DNA from: Melittangium boletus DSM 14713
GTDB taxonomy: Bacteria > Myxococcota > Myxococcia > Myxococcales > Myxococcaceae
Direction: 5' to 3'
Assembly: GCF_002305855.1 (NCBI RefSeq)
Contig: NZ_CP022163.1
Location: 7,131,765 to 7,195,764, forward strand
DNA length: 64,000 nucleotides
Within the stretch, counting starts at the first letter, position 1. Each line of letters starts with the position of its first letter. The notes beneath the pieces were generated by a model. That model was given only the letters and a program-made list of their open reading frames with translations, had not been told where the DNA came from and did not search any database. This document shows, piece by piece, positions 8,620 through 18,203 of the stretch. The translations under genes were made by a program, and so were the position numbers.

Positions 8620-10560
8620 TTATTCGTTGTGCTTGCGCACGTATAGTCGTCTGCCCGAGTATGGGTCTCTGCTACTGTTATCTTCGAGCCAGATGACGAT
8701 AGGTTGCTCGTGGGAGTTGGTTTTGATTCTTGAGATCAAGACGGTGTCTTGTGTCTTGTTTAATCCATCGGTAGCGGTGAGGCTTGTCCAATTGCTCCCA
8801 TCCCAGGAACTGGAGAGTAGGTGTTCAAAGCCATCTTTGTACCAGGAAAATTCTCGCCAAGTGGTGAAGATTCTTCCCGATTCTGTTGCATGTATGCTTG
8901 GGAATCTCGCGAATGTCGCTAGCCCTGAAAATGAACTCAAGGGGTGGCCTGTTCGAGTCCAGGTTTGTGCGCCTGATGATCGGAAAACATGTATATCGGA
9001 GGGCGCATCGTGTTGCGAAGTTTCTTCCCATGCTAGGTGTAGGTTGTTCTGGAGGTCGATGGTGAGTGAGCAGTTCTTTGCTGCCGGGAAGTCTGTGGAT
9101 GAGCTGAGTCCTCCCGAGTTGTTGGGAGTGGAACTGTCTTGAAACGGTGGTACTGCATAGTGCCAAGTGCCATTTTTGTAGTTCAGTACGTATATTTTTT
9201 GTGATGGGTCCTGTTCTTTGGTTTCTTCTTGGAATGCGACGATTGGTTGTCCGTCTCGGTTCAGTACGAGTGATGGGTTTGTTCCGCTGGTTCTTCCGGG
9301 CACTGCGTTGACCGACCCATTTGAAGGACCTACGCTGGAGAAATTTTCTCCGTTGAAGGATTTCCAGACGTATATTGTGGAGTGCCCCTCGATAGTTTGT
9401 TCCTCCCATGCAACGTAGATGTTTCTGTCGTTTGTTGCTATCGAAGGATTGCGTGCTGGTGTTGGGAGGGGACTTGGGCGAATGTCGTTTTCAGCGGATA
9501 GGGGGCCGGTTCCCACCGTTTGCCAGTTGGCACCCGTCCAGCGCTTTACGTAGATATTCTCGTTGAATCCGTCTGATTCGTGCCATGCCACGACAGGGTT
9601 CCCATCATTCGCAAGGGCTATTGACGGGTGATATGCTGAGCCCGTAGCGGTCCCGTTAAGGGCTGGACCTATCGGGGCGAATGCTTTTCCATCCCATTTG
9701 TAGACGAAGATGGAGGCTCTCCCTCCATATGTCATTGCTTCGGTCCAAGCCACGATGGGGTTGTCCTGAGCGTCGATGACCATGCTAGGATCCTTCAACC
9801 AGGAATTGTCCCCACCAGTGGCCTGGATGGCTCCTCCGAAGGAATACCAGTCTGGAACTTCGAAAGCCCATGATGTGCTTGGGACAACGAGTGCGTTACC
9901 GGCTATGTCGGTAATACCTCGGCTCAGCCCAATCGAGAACTTCGCGGGCAGTGCGGGCCTTTCCTTGGGCTTGATCGTGAGGGTCTTTCCGTCACTCGAC
10001 AAGGTGAGCGTTTTGTCCGTCAATACTCCCGCCACGGCGAAGCTCACCGTGGTGTCACTCACCGTGGTCTCCTTCACGGGCTTCGTGAAGACCACCTGGA
10101 TGGGCTGGCTGTAATCCACATTGGTCGCGTCGTTGGCGGGCGAGCGCGATGCCACCTGGAGGTTGGTTCGATCCACGACCACCGTCACCGGCGCACTCGT
10201 GAAAACCTTGCCCGATCGGATCGCCCTCGCCGTGAGGGCATAATCACGTTCCTCCTCGCGCGTCGTGTCCCATGTGTACCGGAAGGGCGAGGAGAGCGTC
10301 GCCAGCAGCTCCCCCTCCTTGTGCAGTTGCACCGTGTCCGCGACTCCCCCACGCACCTCCACCGTGAGCGTGATCGACGTGCTCGTGTAGGCCTTCTCCA
10401 CTGGGTCCGTGATGCTGATGGTCAAGTCACCCAGCGGCGTCCCCGAGTCCGGTGAGTCGCTTTCCTCCGGCGGTGTGGGCACGGGTCGGGGCTCGATCTC
10501 CGGGACATTGATGCAGGCGAATACCCACCCCGTGAAGAGCAGGGGAATGATGCGTTTCAT
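8620..10560 (-). CDS. Secreted lipoprotein with an Ig-like (SbsA/Big_5-type) domain and a seven-repeat probable beta-propeller
   Basis: Start at MKRIIPLLFTGWVFAC (signal peptide with a lipobox-like FAC). Ig-like segment 'SRSPANDATNVDYSQPIQVVF'. Seven spaced repeats of the form '(N/Q)P(I/V)VAW.E'. GC clearly lower than the neighbouring genes. Confidence 0.7.
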   Translation of the reverse strand: MKRIIPLLFTGWVFACINVPEIEPRPVPTPPEESDSPDSGTPLGDLTISITDPVEKAYTSTSITLTVEVRGGVADTVQLHKEGELLATLSSPFRYTWDTTREEERDYALTARAIRSGKVFTSAPVTVVVDRTNLQVASRSPANDATNVDYSQPIQVVFTKPVKETTVSDTTVSFAVAGVLTDKTLTLSSDGKTLTIKPKERPALPAKFSIGLSRGITDIAGNALVVPSTSWAFEVPDWYSFGGAIQATGGDNSWLKDPSMVIDAQDNPIVAWTEAMTYGGRASIFVYKWDGKAFAPIGPALNGTATGSAYHPSIALANDGNPVVAWHESDGFNENIYVKRWTGANWQTVGTGPLSAENDIRPSPLPTPARNPSIATNDRNIYVAWEEQTIEGHSTIYVWKSFNGENFSSVGPSNGSVNAVPGRTSGTNPSLVLNRDGQPIVAFQEETKEQDPSQKIYVLNYKNGTWHYAVPPFQDSSTPNNSGGLSSSTDFPAAKNCSLTIDLQNNLHLAWEETSQHDAPSDIHVFRSSGAQTWTRTGHPLSSFSGLATFARFPSIHATESGRIFTTWREFSWYKDGFEHLLSSSWDGSNWTSLTATDGLNKTQDTVLISRIKTNSHEQPIVIWLEDNSSRDPYSGRRLYVRKHNE

Positions 10561-10829
10561 GGTTGGCATGCGTCTCCGTGAATGCAGGGCCCATTCCAGG
10601 TGCCCCACGCTGGGTTCCGAGAACTTACGCTCGCAAGTGCCCGTGACGACTCGCGGAGTGGGCCTCCCATGTCTCCAGGCCCGCCACGAATGGCTCCCGC
10701 ATCGTCTCGGTCCAGATATCCCGTCTCGTTCACCGGATCTTCCCTCGAAACGACTCGCGCCGCTCCAAGAAGCCCCTCATGGGGCTTCCGAGCGGCGCGG
10801 TGTGCTGCCCTGATGCGCGCGCGAGCCGG

Positions 10830-12473
10830 CTACTTCTTCTTCCGGTTCTTCTTCTTGTTTTCCTTCTCGCGCTTGCGGCGCTCCTTGATGGCGTCCTTGT
10901 TCTCCGGCTTCGCGGCCGAGGGCGGGGCGTAGCCCATCATGCGCGCCTTCGCCATGGCCGCCTGCCCCATGGGGGGGGTGTAGCCCGGCGCGATCTGCGG
11001 CAACTGCATGGGCATGCCTCCCATGCCTCCCATCCCCGCCATGGCCCTCTCCATCATCTTCGGGTCCTTTCCGAAGACACTCGACAGGTCCATGTTCTTC
11101 AGCTGCGCGAGCTGTCCCATCTGCTTGAAGCCCGGAATCCGTCCCAGCAGGCCAGGGTTCTGCCCGATCGTCCCCATCACCTGCTGCATCATCCCGAACT
11201 TCTGCAGCAGCTCCCGCACCTCCTCGGGCTTGCGGCCACTTCCCCTCGCGATGCGCTTCACCCGGCTGTCGTTGATGAGCTGCGGCCGCAGCCGCTCCTG
11301 CTCCGTCATCGAGTCGTACATGGACTCGATCTTCGTCAGCTCCTGCTCGTCCGGATTGAGCTGCTCCGTCATCTCCCCGAAGAGCGGGAACTTCTCCAGC
11401 AGATCCTTCAGCGGGCCCATGCGCCGCACCATCCGGATCTGCTCCACGAAGTCCTTCATCGTGAAGTTGCCCGACAGCAGCTTCTGCGCGTCCTCCGCCG
11501 CCTTCTTCTCGTCGACGACCTGCTCGAAGTCCTTCATCAGGCCGACGATGTCGCCAAAGCCGAGAATCCGGCTCGCCAGGCCGTCCGGACGGAACTCCTC
11601 GAGCTTGTCCATCGACTCGCCCATGCCCAGGAACTTGATGGGCTTGCCCGTCACTTCCTTGATCGACAGCGCCGCGCCGCCTCGCGCATCACCGTCCAGC
11701 TTCGTGAGGATGAAGCCGTCCAGGCTCAGGCGCCGGTCGAACTCGGCCGCCGTGCGCACCGCGTCCTGGCCAATCATCGCGTCGCAGACCAGCAAGATGT
11801 TGTCCGGCCGGACGTTGCTCTTGATGGACTCCAACTCCGTCATCAACGCCTCGTCGATGGCCAGCCGGCCCGCGGTGTCGATGAGCACCACGTCGCACTT
11901 CTGCTCGCGCGCCGCCGCGTACCCGCGCTTCGCCAGTTCCGGCGGTGCCACGTTGGGCTCGAAGTAGACCGGGACCTTCAACCGTTCGCCCAGCACCTTG
12001 AGCTGATCCACCGCCGCAGGCCGGTAGATGTCCGCCGCCACCAGGAGGGGCTTGCGGCCCTCCTTGAGCAGCTTGCTGGCGAGCTTTCCCGTGGTCGTCG
12101 TCTTGCCCGAGCCCTGCAAGCCCACCATCATGATGCCGCTGAGCTGATCCCTCGGCTTGAGCTGCAGGCTCGTGTCCACCGGGCCCATCAGCGCCTCGAG
12201 TTCGTCGTGGCAGATCTTGACGAAGTGGTCGCCCGCCGAGACCCGGCGCTTGTTGCCCGCCTTGTCCGTGATGGTCGTCTGAACCACCTCGCCCACGGCC
12301 TTCTCGCGCACCCGCGCGACGAACTTCTTCACCACGTCGAAGGCCACGTCGGCCTCGAGCAGGGAGACGCGGATGTCGCGAAGCGACTCGTCCACCATCT
12401 CGGGGGTGATTTCACTCTTGCCCGCGAGGCGATTCTTCGCGGCTCGGAAGCCCTTGGTGACGGTTTCAAGCAT
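10830..12473 (-). CDS. ffh: Signal recognition particle protein Ffh (SRP54)
   Basis: N and G domains (GxxGxGKTTT 'GLQGSGKTTTTGKLA', 'DTAGR', 'TKLDGDARGG'), a Met-rich M domain and a Lys-rich C-terminal tail. Start at MLETVTKG (ATG 12473), not the upstream in-frame extension listed in the track. Confidence 0.9.
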   Translation of the reverse strand: MLETVTKGFRAAKNRLAGKSEITPEMVDESLRDIRVSLLEADVAFDVVKKFVARVREKAVGEVVQTTITDKAGNKRRVSAGDHFVKICHDELEALMGPVDTSLQLKPRDQLSGIMMVGLQGSGKTTTTGKLASKLLKEGRKPLLVAADIYRPAAVDQLKVLGERLKVPVYFEPNVAPPELAKRGYAAAREQKCDVVLIDTAGRLAIDEALMTELESIKSNVRPDNILLVCDAMIGQDAVRTAAEFDRRLSLDGFILTKLDGDARGGAALSIKEVTGKPIKFLGMGESMDKLEEFRPDGLASRILGFGDIVGLMKDFEQVVDEKKAAEDAQKLLSGNFTMKDFVEQIRMVRRMGPLKDLLEKFPLFGEMTEQLNPDEQELTKIESMYDSMTEQERLRPQLINDSRVKRIARGSGRKPEEVRELLQKFGMMQQVMGTIGQNPGLLGRIPGFKQMGQLAQLKNMDLSSVFGKDPKMMERAMAGMGGMGGMPMQLPQIAPGYTPPMGQAAMAKARMMGYAPPSAAKPENKDAIKERRKREKENKKKNRKKK

Positions 12474-12798
12474 GGCGGTCGCTATATAACAGCGGCGCTC
12501 GGGACGGGATGCCCATGTGCGCCCGGGTCGTCCACTGGTGGAATCCACGGGGCGGGCCTTCGTCGGTAGACGCAGCGGATTTGAAATCCTCAAAGGTCCC
12601 AGGGGTTTAGCGGCTTCCCTCCGCGGAGGCCCCGCGGGAGCCCACCCGAGTCCAGGTGAGTCCACCTGGGGGAGGTCCTGGGGACAGGGGGGCGAGCCGC
12701 TCCCCTCCAGGGCGGGGTCTCGGTGGAGAGACCCTCCCGCCCTTCATGCGGTACCTCGGCGGCGGGCTGACGAAGCGCGGGGGGGCCCGTCGTGACCG

Positions 12799-15700
12799 TC
12801 AGGACAGCCCGAGTTCGCGGAGGAGTTCCTCCGCGAGCTGTTCGGCTTGAGCGAGGTCATCCATCTCCATGGTGCCAGCCAGCTCCTTGGGCGGCACGGG
12901 GACGGCGGTGGCCAACGCCGGTTTGTCGATGGGCCTCGGTTCCTCACCACCGACGGCCGCGACCGGAGCCGCCTTCGCGAGGGATTGCTCGGTGATGTGC
13001 TCGGCCAGCATTCGGGATGTCGGATAGCTGTAGAGGGTCGCCGTGGTGAGCCTCGCTCCCAGCCGGGTGTTGAGCTGTTCGCGAAGGCGGATGAGCATGA
13101 GGCTATCGAGGCCGAGGTCCTCGAACGTGGTGGCGGGATCGATGGCGTCGGCCGCGCGTTCTCCCAGGAGCTCGGCCACGGCTTGCTGGACCCGGACGAG
13201 GGCGCCAGTGCCCGAGGGCTCACTCTCCACGGTGCGGCGCTCGCCCCGCGCGGCCGTGGACTGCGCGACTGCATGGGCCTCGGGGGATGGCGCGGGCTTC
13301 CCGAGGAAGATCTGCCGGCCGAGGTCCCCGGGTGCGAGGGTCTCGAGGTCGCGCGCCGTGATCCCGGCCTGGTCGAGCGCTCCGGCCGCCAGCTCCGTGA
13401 GCCCGGTGGCCATGGCGCGGGCCATGAGCTCCCAGGCCGTGGCCAGCGCCATCATGGGCATGCGCTCGACATTTCCGCCGCGCCGCGTGACTGCCGCCAT
13501 CCCCGCGTCGAGTGCTGCCCAGGAGATGGCGAGCGTGGGAATTCCCGCCGCCACGAAATGGTCCGCGGCCACCGCGAGCGCCGCATTGGCGGCCGCATAC
13601 GCGAACTGTCCGGGCGCTCCGAGCGCACCCGCGAGCGACCCGAAGAGCACGATTCGCCGTGGCGCGAGCGCGGCGACCGCGCCCAGCAGTGCATTCGCGG
13701 CGTCGACCTTGGGGCGCAGCACGCGCAGGAGATCGGCCTCGGTGACGTTCGCCACCGTGGCATCCTTGAGCACACCGGCGAGGTGATAGAGGGTGCCAAG
13801 ACGGTGCCCCCGCGCCGCGACCCCTCGCTGGATGGCTTCCCATGTCGCGGGCTCGGCGGTATCGCCGGTGAGCACCGTGACCGAGATACCGGTACGCCGC
13901 CACGCGGCAAGCGTCGCTTCCGTGGCCGCGCCGGGCGAGGTCCTGCCGACCAGCACCAGCTCACGCACGCCGCGCTGAACCAGATGGACAGCGAGTTGCC
14001 AGCCAATGCCGCCGAAGCCACCGGTGATGACCGCGGCGTGGCCGGGCTCCTCTGGAGTCTCCGCACGCACGGGAGGGAGGGGGAGCGGTGCGAGACGCTG
14101 TCGCATCAATCCTTCCGCGCCGAGGCGCAGCTCATCGCCCGTCGCCGCGGCGGCCAGCGCCGCTGGAAGCCCGCCCTGGTATGCGGCCGTGCCGATATCG
14201 AGAAGACCCAGCGTGGCGCCTTGGGCGAACTCGAGGCGGGCGGCGCGGGCGGCTCCCCACAGCGCGCGAGCCGTGAGCGCCGAGGCGGGCTCCACGCCCG
14301 CACCGGTGCCATACGCACCCCGGGTCACCAGCACGATCGGCCGCCCGGCCGTCATCATCTCCTCGAGCCCGAGGATCCAACGGCGGAGCTCGCTCAACGC
14401 GGTGACCACGGGCAGCTCTTCCTGGACCAGGACGAGGCCCGCCACATCCGCGGGCAGCTGCGCCGCGCCTTCTGGAGTGGTGATCAACTCGGGCGCGGCG
14501 GCTCCGTTCCGCGACAGCGTCGCGCGGAGATCGGTGAGGCGAGGGCCCGCGGCGCCCAGGGCCGCCAGGGCCCAGCGCCGTGGAGGCGCTTCGCTACCCT
14601 CCACTCGCACCCAGAGCGGGGCATAGGAGAGCCCCTCGAGCGAGACCTGGTTCGCGACGACCGCGGGGGGAGGGGCGAGGCTGTCGGTCTCGGTCCGCCG
14701 GGGTCGCGCGGGAAGCCAGTAAGCCTGGCGTTGGAACGCATAGGTGGGAATGCTGATGCGCCGAGGCGATGGGTCCCCGAACAGGCCCTTCCAGTCGAGC
14801 TCGACGCCGAGGGAGTGAAGGCTGGCGGCGGCGGAGGAGAAGGCGCGCTCGGGGTCGGAGGAATCCAGGGAGGAGAGGGCGGAGACGCCGGAGCGGGAGG
14901 AGCGGATGAGGCCGGACAAAACGGGGCGGGGGCCAATCTCCAGGAAGTGGGTGACTTTCTTGGAGACGAGGGCATCGACGCCCTCGCGGAAGCGCACGGT
15001 GTGGCGCAGGTGCTGGGCCCAGTAGTCGGGGCCGAGCAGGCCCTCGGAGGCGAGGGAGCCGGTGAGGTTGGAGGCGAGGGGAAGGGAGGGAGGGAGGTGA
15101 GGGAGGAGGGAGGCGGCGGAGGAGAGGGCGGCCATGGCGGGTTGCATGGCGGCGGAGTGGAAGGCGTGGGAGACGTGGAGGCGGCGGGTGTTGTGGCCGG
15201 AGGACTCGAGGGAGAGGGAGAGCCTGTCGATGTCGGAGGAGGGGCCGGAGAGGACGCAGGACTGGGAGGAGTTGTCGGCGGCCAGCTCGAGGGAGGGGAA
15301 GGAGGAGAGGAGGGGAGAGAGGTCCGCGGCGCAGGAGAGGACGGAGAGCATGGAGCCGCCGGGAGGGAGGGCGGCCATGGCGCGGGAGCGAGCGAGGACG
15401 AGGGAGTAGGAGTCGTGGAGGGAGAGGACGCCGGCGAAGTGGGCGGCGACGTACTCGCCGATGGAGTGGCCGATGAGGGCGGAGGGGGTGACGCCGAGGC
15501 TGCGCCAGAGGGAGCAGAGGGCGTACTCGAAGGCGAAGAGGGCGGGCTGGGCGAGGCCGGTGTCGGAGAGGGCGGCGTCGGAGGAGGAGAAGACGAGGGA
15601 GGAGAGGGACTGGCCGCCGGAGGCGTCGAGGTGAAGGGCGGCCACCTCGTCGAAGGCGGAGCGGAAGGAGGAGAAGCGCTTGTAGAGGGAGGCGCCCATG

Positions 15701-17373
15701 CCGGCGTACTGGGCGCCCTGTCCGCTGAAGGCGAAGCCCAGCCGGATGCGACCACTTCGCGGGGCCGTCCCACGCACCACGGTGGCCGAGACGCGGCCGG
15801 CGGCGAGGGCTTCCAGGCCGCGGGCCAGCTCCTCGTGGGTGCGGCCCACCACGGCGCCACGCTCGCGGAAGGGGGAGCGGCCAGTGGCGGCGCTGAAGGC
15901 CCAGTCGCGGGGAGGGTGAGGACTTGTCGCCAGCGCCGTGGAATACCGCCGTGCCAACTCCTGCAATGCCGTCTCGTCCTTGGCGGACAGCGGAATGCAC
16001 ACGGGCTCGTCCGTGCTCACTTCTGGCTCTTGGGTCTCGGCGGGCCAGTCGGCGAGCACCACGTGTGCGTTGGTTCCGCCCGCCCCCAACGAGCCGATCA
16101 GCGCATGGCGGCGGCCATTTCGCGGCTCCCAGCTGAGGGGCTGGGTGTTGACAAAGAATGGAGTGCGGTCGAATGCGATGTGCGAATTGGGCCGCTCGTA
16201 TCCCGCGGTGGGGGGCACCTGTCCATGTCCCAGTGCCATCACGGTCTTGATCAGCGAGGCCATGCCGGCCGCGGTGTCGAGGTGCCCGATGTTCGATTTG
16301 ACCGAGCCGATGGCAACGCTTCCCGGCGCGATCGCTTGATCCACCGAGAACGCCTGGGTGAGCGCCGCCACTTCGATCGGATCTCCCATGGCGGTGCCGG
16401 TGCCGTGAGCCTCGACGAAGCCGATCTCCCGGGCGGAGATGCCCGCATCGGAGAGCGCGGCGCGAATGGTCTCCTTTTGGCCGTCGATGCTGGGAGCCGT
16501 GTAGCTCACCTTGCGCGCACCGTCGTTGTTGATCGCCGTGCCGCGGATGACCGCGAGGATGCGATCGCGATCGGCTTGTGCATCGCCCAACCGACGCAGC
16601 ATCAGGACCCCGACGCCGTTGCCGCCGACGATTCCAGAGGCCTGGTGATCAAAGGGCCGGCAGATGCCATCGGCGGCGAAGATGCTGCCGGTGGTGTGCA
16701 CGTAGCCGGCCTTGCGCGGCGCGTGCAGTGCGGCGGCGCCGACCAGGGCGGCATCGCATTCGCGCTTGCGCAGACTCTCGACCGCGAAGTGGAGGGCGAC
16801 CAGCGCCGAGGAGCAAGCGGTGTGGACGGTGAGGCTGGGTCCGGTGAGGTTCAGGCGATAGGATAGCTGGGTCGGCAGGTAGTCGCGTTCGTTGAGCACC
16901 TTGATCTGGATCTGGTCCAGGTGTTCCAGCGCCTCGGCATGGTGCTGAACGTTGGTCCGGAAGTAGGTGTTCATCGTCTTGCCGGAATACAGACTCATGC
17001 CCGACGTGGCGAACACGCCGACCCGCGTTCCCGCGGCCCGCCCCGCGTGGCCCGCATCCTCCAGCGCCTCCCAGGCACACTCGAAGAACAGCCGGAACTG
17101 CGGATCCATGACCTCGGCTTCGCGCCTGCTGAAGCCGAAGAAGGACGCATCGAAGAGATCCGTGCCTTCGACAAACGCGGAACGGGGCACGTAGTCATCG
17201 CGGGAGGCCAATTCCTCGGGAACACCGTCGGCGAGGAGTTCGTCGCGGGCGAAGTCCCTGATCGCATGGCTTCCAGCCATCAGGTTCCGCCAGAACGTAT
17301 GGTGATCGGGTCCGCCGGGCAGGCGGGTGGCCAGTCCGATGATGGCGATGTCGCGCGTGCTATCGAAGGTCAT
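12799..17373 (-). CDS. Type I polyketide synthase module KS-AT-KR-ACP with a C-terminal docking helix
   Basis: KS motifs (TACSS, EAHGTGT, NIGHLDTAAG). AT motifs (GHSIGEY, HAFH, suggesting malonyl). KR Rossmann fold (GGFGGIG) and YAAAN. ACP (LGLDSLM). C-terminal 'LAQAEQLAEELLRELGLS' docking-like tail. Confidence 0.9.
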   Translation of the reverse strand: MTFDSTRDIAIIGLATRLPGGPDHHTFWRNLMAGSHAIRDFARDELLADGVPEELASRDDYVPRSAFVEGTDLFDASFFGFSRREAEVMDPQFRLFFECAWEALEDAGHAGRAAGTRVGVFATSGMSLYSGKTMNTYFRTNVQHHAEALEHLDQIQIKVLNERDYLPTQLSYRLNLTGPSLTVHTACSSALVALHFAVESLRKRECDAALVGAAALHAPRKAGYVHTTGSIFAADGICRPFDHQASGIVGGNGVGVLMLRRLGDAQADRDRILAVIRGTAINNDGARKVSYTAPSIDGQKETIRAALSDAGISAREIGFVEAHGTGTAMGDPIEVAALTQAFSVDQAIAPGSVAIGSVKSNIGHLDTAAGMASLIKTVMALGHGQVPPTAGYERPNSHIAFDRTPFFVNTQPLSWEPRNGRRHALIGSLGAGGTNAHVVLADWPAETQEPEVSTDEPVCIPLSAKDETALQELARRYSTALATSPHPPRDWAFSAATGRSPFRERGAVVGRTHEELARGLEALAAGRVSATVVRGTAPRSGRIRLGFAFSGQGAQYAGMGASLYKRFSSFRSAFDEVAALHLDASGGQSLSSLVFSSSDAALSDTGLAQPALFAFEYALCSLWRSLGVTPSALIGHSIGEYVAAHFAGVLSLHDSYSLVLARSRAMAALPPGGSMLSVLSCAADLSPLLSSFPSLELAADNSSQSCVLSGPSSDIDRLSLSLESSGHNTRRLHVSHAFHSAAMQPAMAALSSAASLLPHLPPSLPLASNLTGSLASEGLLGPDYWAQHLRHTVRFREGVDALVSKKVTHFLEIGPRPVLSGLIRSSRSGVSALSSLDSSDPERAFSSAAASLHSLGVELDWKGLFGDPSPRRISIPTYAFQRQAYWLPARPRRTETDSLAPPPAVVANQVSLEGLSYAPLWVRVEGSEAPPRRWALAALGAAGPRLTDLRATLSRNGAAAPELITTPEGAAQLPADVAGLVLVQEELPVVTALSELRRWILGLEEMMTAGRPIVLVTRGAYGTGAGVEPASALTARALWGAARAARLEFAQGATLGLLDIGTAAYQGGLPAALAAAATGDELRLGAEGLMRQRLAPLPLPPVRAETPEEPGHAAVITGGFGGIGWQLAVHLVQRGVRELVLVGRTSPGAATEATLAAWRRTGISVTVLTGDTAEPATWEAIQRGVAARGHRLGTLYHLAGVLKDATVANVTEADLLRVLRPKVDAANALLGAVAALAPRRIVLFGSLAGALGAPGQFAYAAANAALAVAADHFVAAGIPTLAISWAALDAGMAAVTRRGGNVERMPMMALATAWELMARAMATGLTELAAGALDQAGITARDLETLAPGDLGRQIFLGKPAPSPEAHAVAQSTAARGERRTVESEPSGTGALVRVQQAVAELLGERAADAIDPATTFEDLGLDSLMLIRLREQLNTRLGARLTTATLYSYPTSRMLAEHITEQSLAKAAPVAAVGGEEPRPIDKPALATAVPVPPKELAGTMEMDDLAQAEQLAEELLRELGLS
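14710..16002. repeat. Roughly 1.3-kb near-identical dispersed repeat (AT domain plus flanking linkers), copy A in the KS-AT-KR-ACP gene
   Basis: About 430 aa are identical or near-identical between the two PKS proteins ('CIPLSAKDETAL...LDWKGLF'). Off-frame ORFs 14594-16000 and 36080-37372 have matching sequences. Partner copy at about 36090-37374. Confidence 0.85.
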
Positions 17374-17396
17374 GTCTCGCCTCGCGTGGAGGTTGA

Positions 17397-18200
17397 TCAG
17401 AGCGTGGGGTTGCTCACGCTGGCCAGGGCTTCCCCCGTCAACGACGCCGCATGCGCGAACAGGGCATCCACGGCGCGTTTCACGTTGAGGGGATCCCGGA
17501 TGAAGAAATGGTGGCCGGGCAGCATCTGCAGCCGAAATGGCCCACGAGTAAAGGCCTGCCAGGACTTGAGGTGGGCGGCCATGACCGTCGGATCGTCGAC
17601 GCCTCCAAGCGCCAGTACGGGCACGGCGAGCCGTTGTCGGACCACGGGAGGAACTGGCCAGCGGCAGCCCTGGGCGATGCAGAAGTCAGCCCGGGTTCGC
17701 TGAACGAGGGCGTCGGCCAGATGGGGCTCGGCCAGGACATCGGCGGGCAGCTCGCCAAAGACGCGGAGTTCGTTCAGGACACCCGCGTCATCCAGGGTGC
17801 GGAGATCCCGCTCATAGGGCGGGACATGGGGCGCGCGCCGCGCCGAGACCGCGAGCGCGGCGAGGGTGAAGGCACGGCGTTCGACTCCCTCCCGGGCGAT
17901 GTGATGGGCGAGCGCGGCGCCCATGCTGTGGCCGAAGAGGAGCACTGGGCGTCCGCGCGCGGCCTCGGCGATGGCTGTCACGAGGGGGGACGTCACCGCG
18001 GCGAGATCCTCGAGGGGCGTCTCGCCGCGCCGACTCTCGCGGCCGGGCAACTGCACGGCCATGGTCTCGGCCCGCGCACCGACGTGCGTGGGCCAGTCGC
18101 GAAACGCGGACGCCGCGCCGCCCGCGTAGTGAAACAACACCAATAGCCTGGGGCCCCCCATCGGGGCTCTGTAATGATGCAGGAGCCACTTCCCAGCCAT
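17397..18200 (-). CDS. Type II thioesterase (alpha/beta hydrolase)
   Basis: 267 aa with the GHSMGA nucleophile elbow, typical of editing TEII proteins in PKS/NRPS clusters. Confidence 0.8.
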   Translation of the reverse strand: MAGKWLLHHYRAPMGGPRLLVLFHYAGGAASAFRDWPTHVGARAETMAVQLPGRESRRGETPLEDLAAVTSPLVTAIAEAARGRPVLLFGHSMGAALAHHIAREGVERRAFTLAALAVSARRAPHVPPYERDLRTLDDAGVLNELRVFGELPADVLAEPHLADALVQRTRADFCIAQGCRWPVPPVVRQRLAVPVLALGGVDDPTVMAAHLKSWQAFTRGPFRLQMLPGHHFFIRDPLNVKRAVDALFAHAASLTGEALASVSNPTL

Positions 18201-18203
18201 GTC

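Noticed and set aside
14484-16000. Pro/Ser/Thr-rich 458/468-aa ORFs, and their twins at 36080-37372
   Set aside because: Alternative frames of the duplicated AT-domain DNA. Their near-identity simply reflects the 1.3-kb nucleotide repeat.
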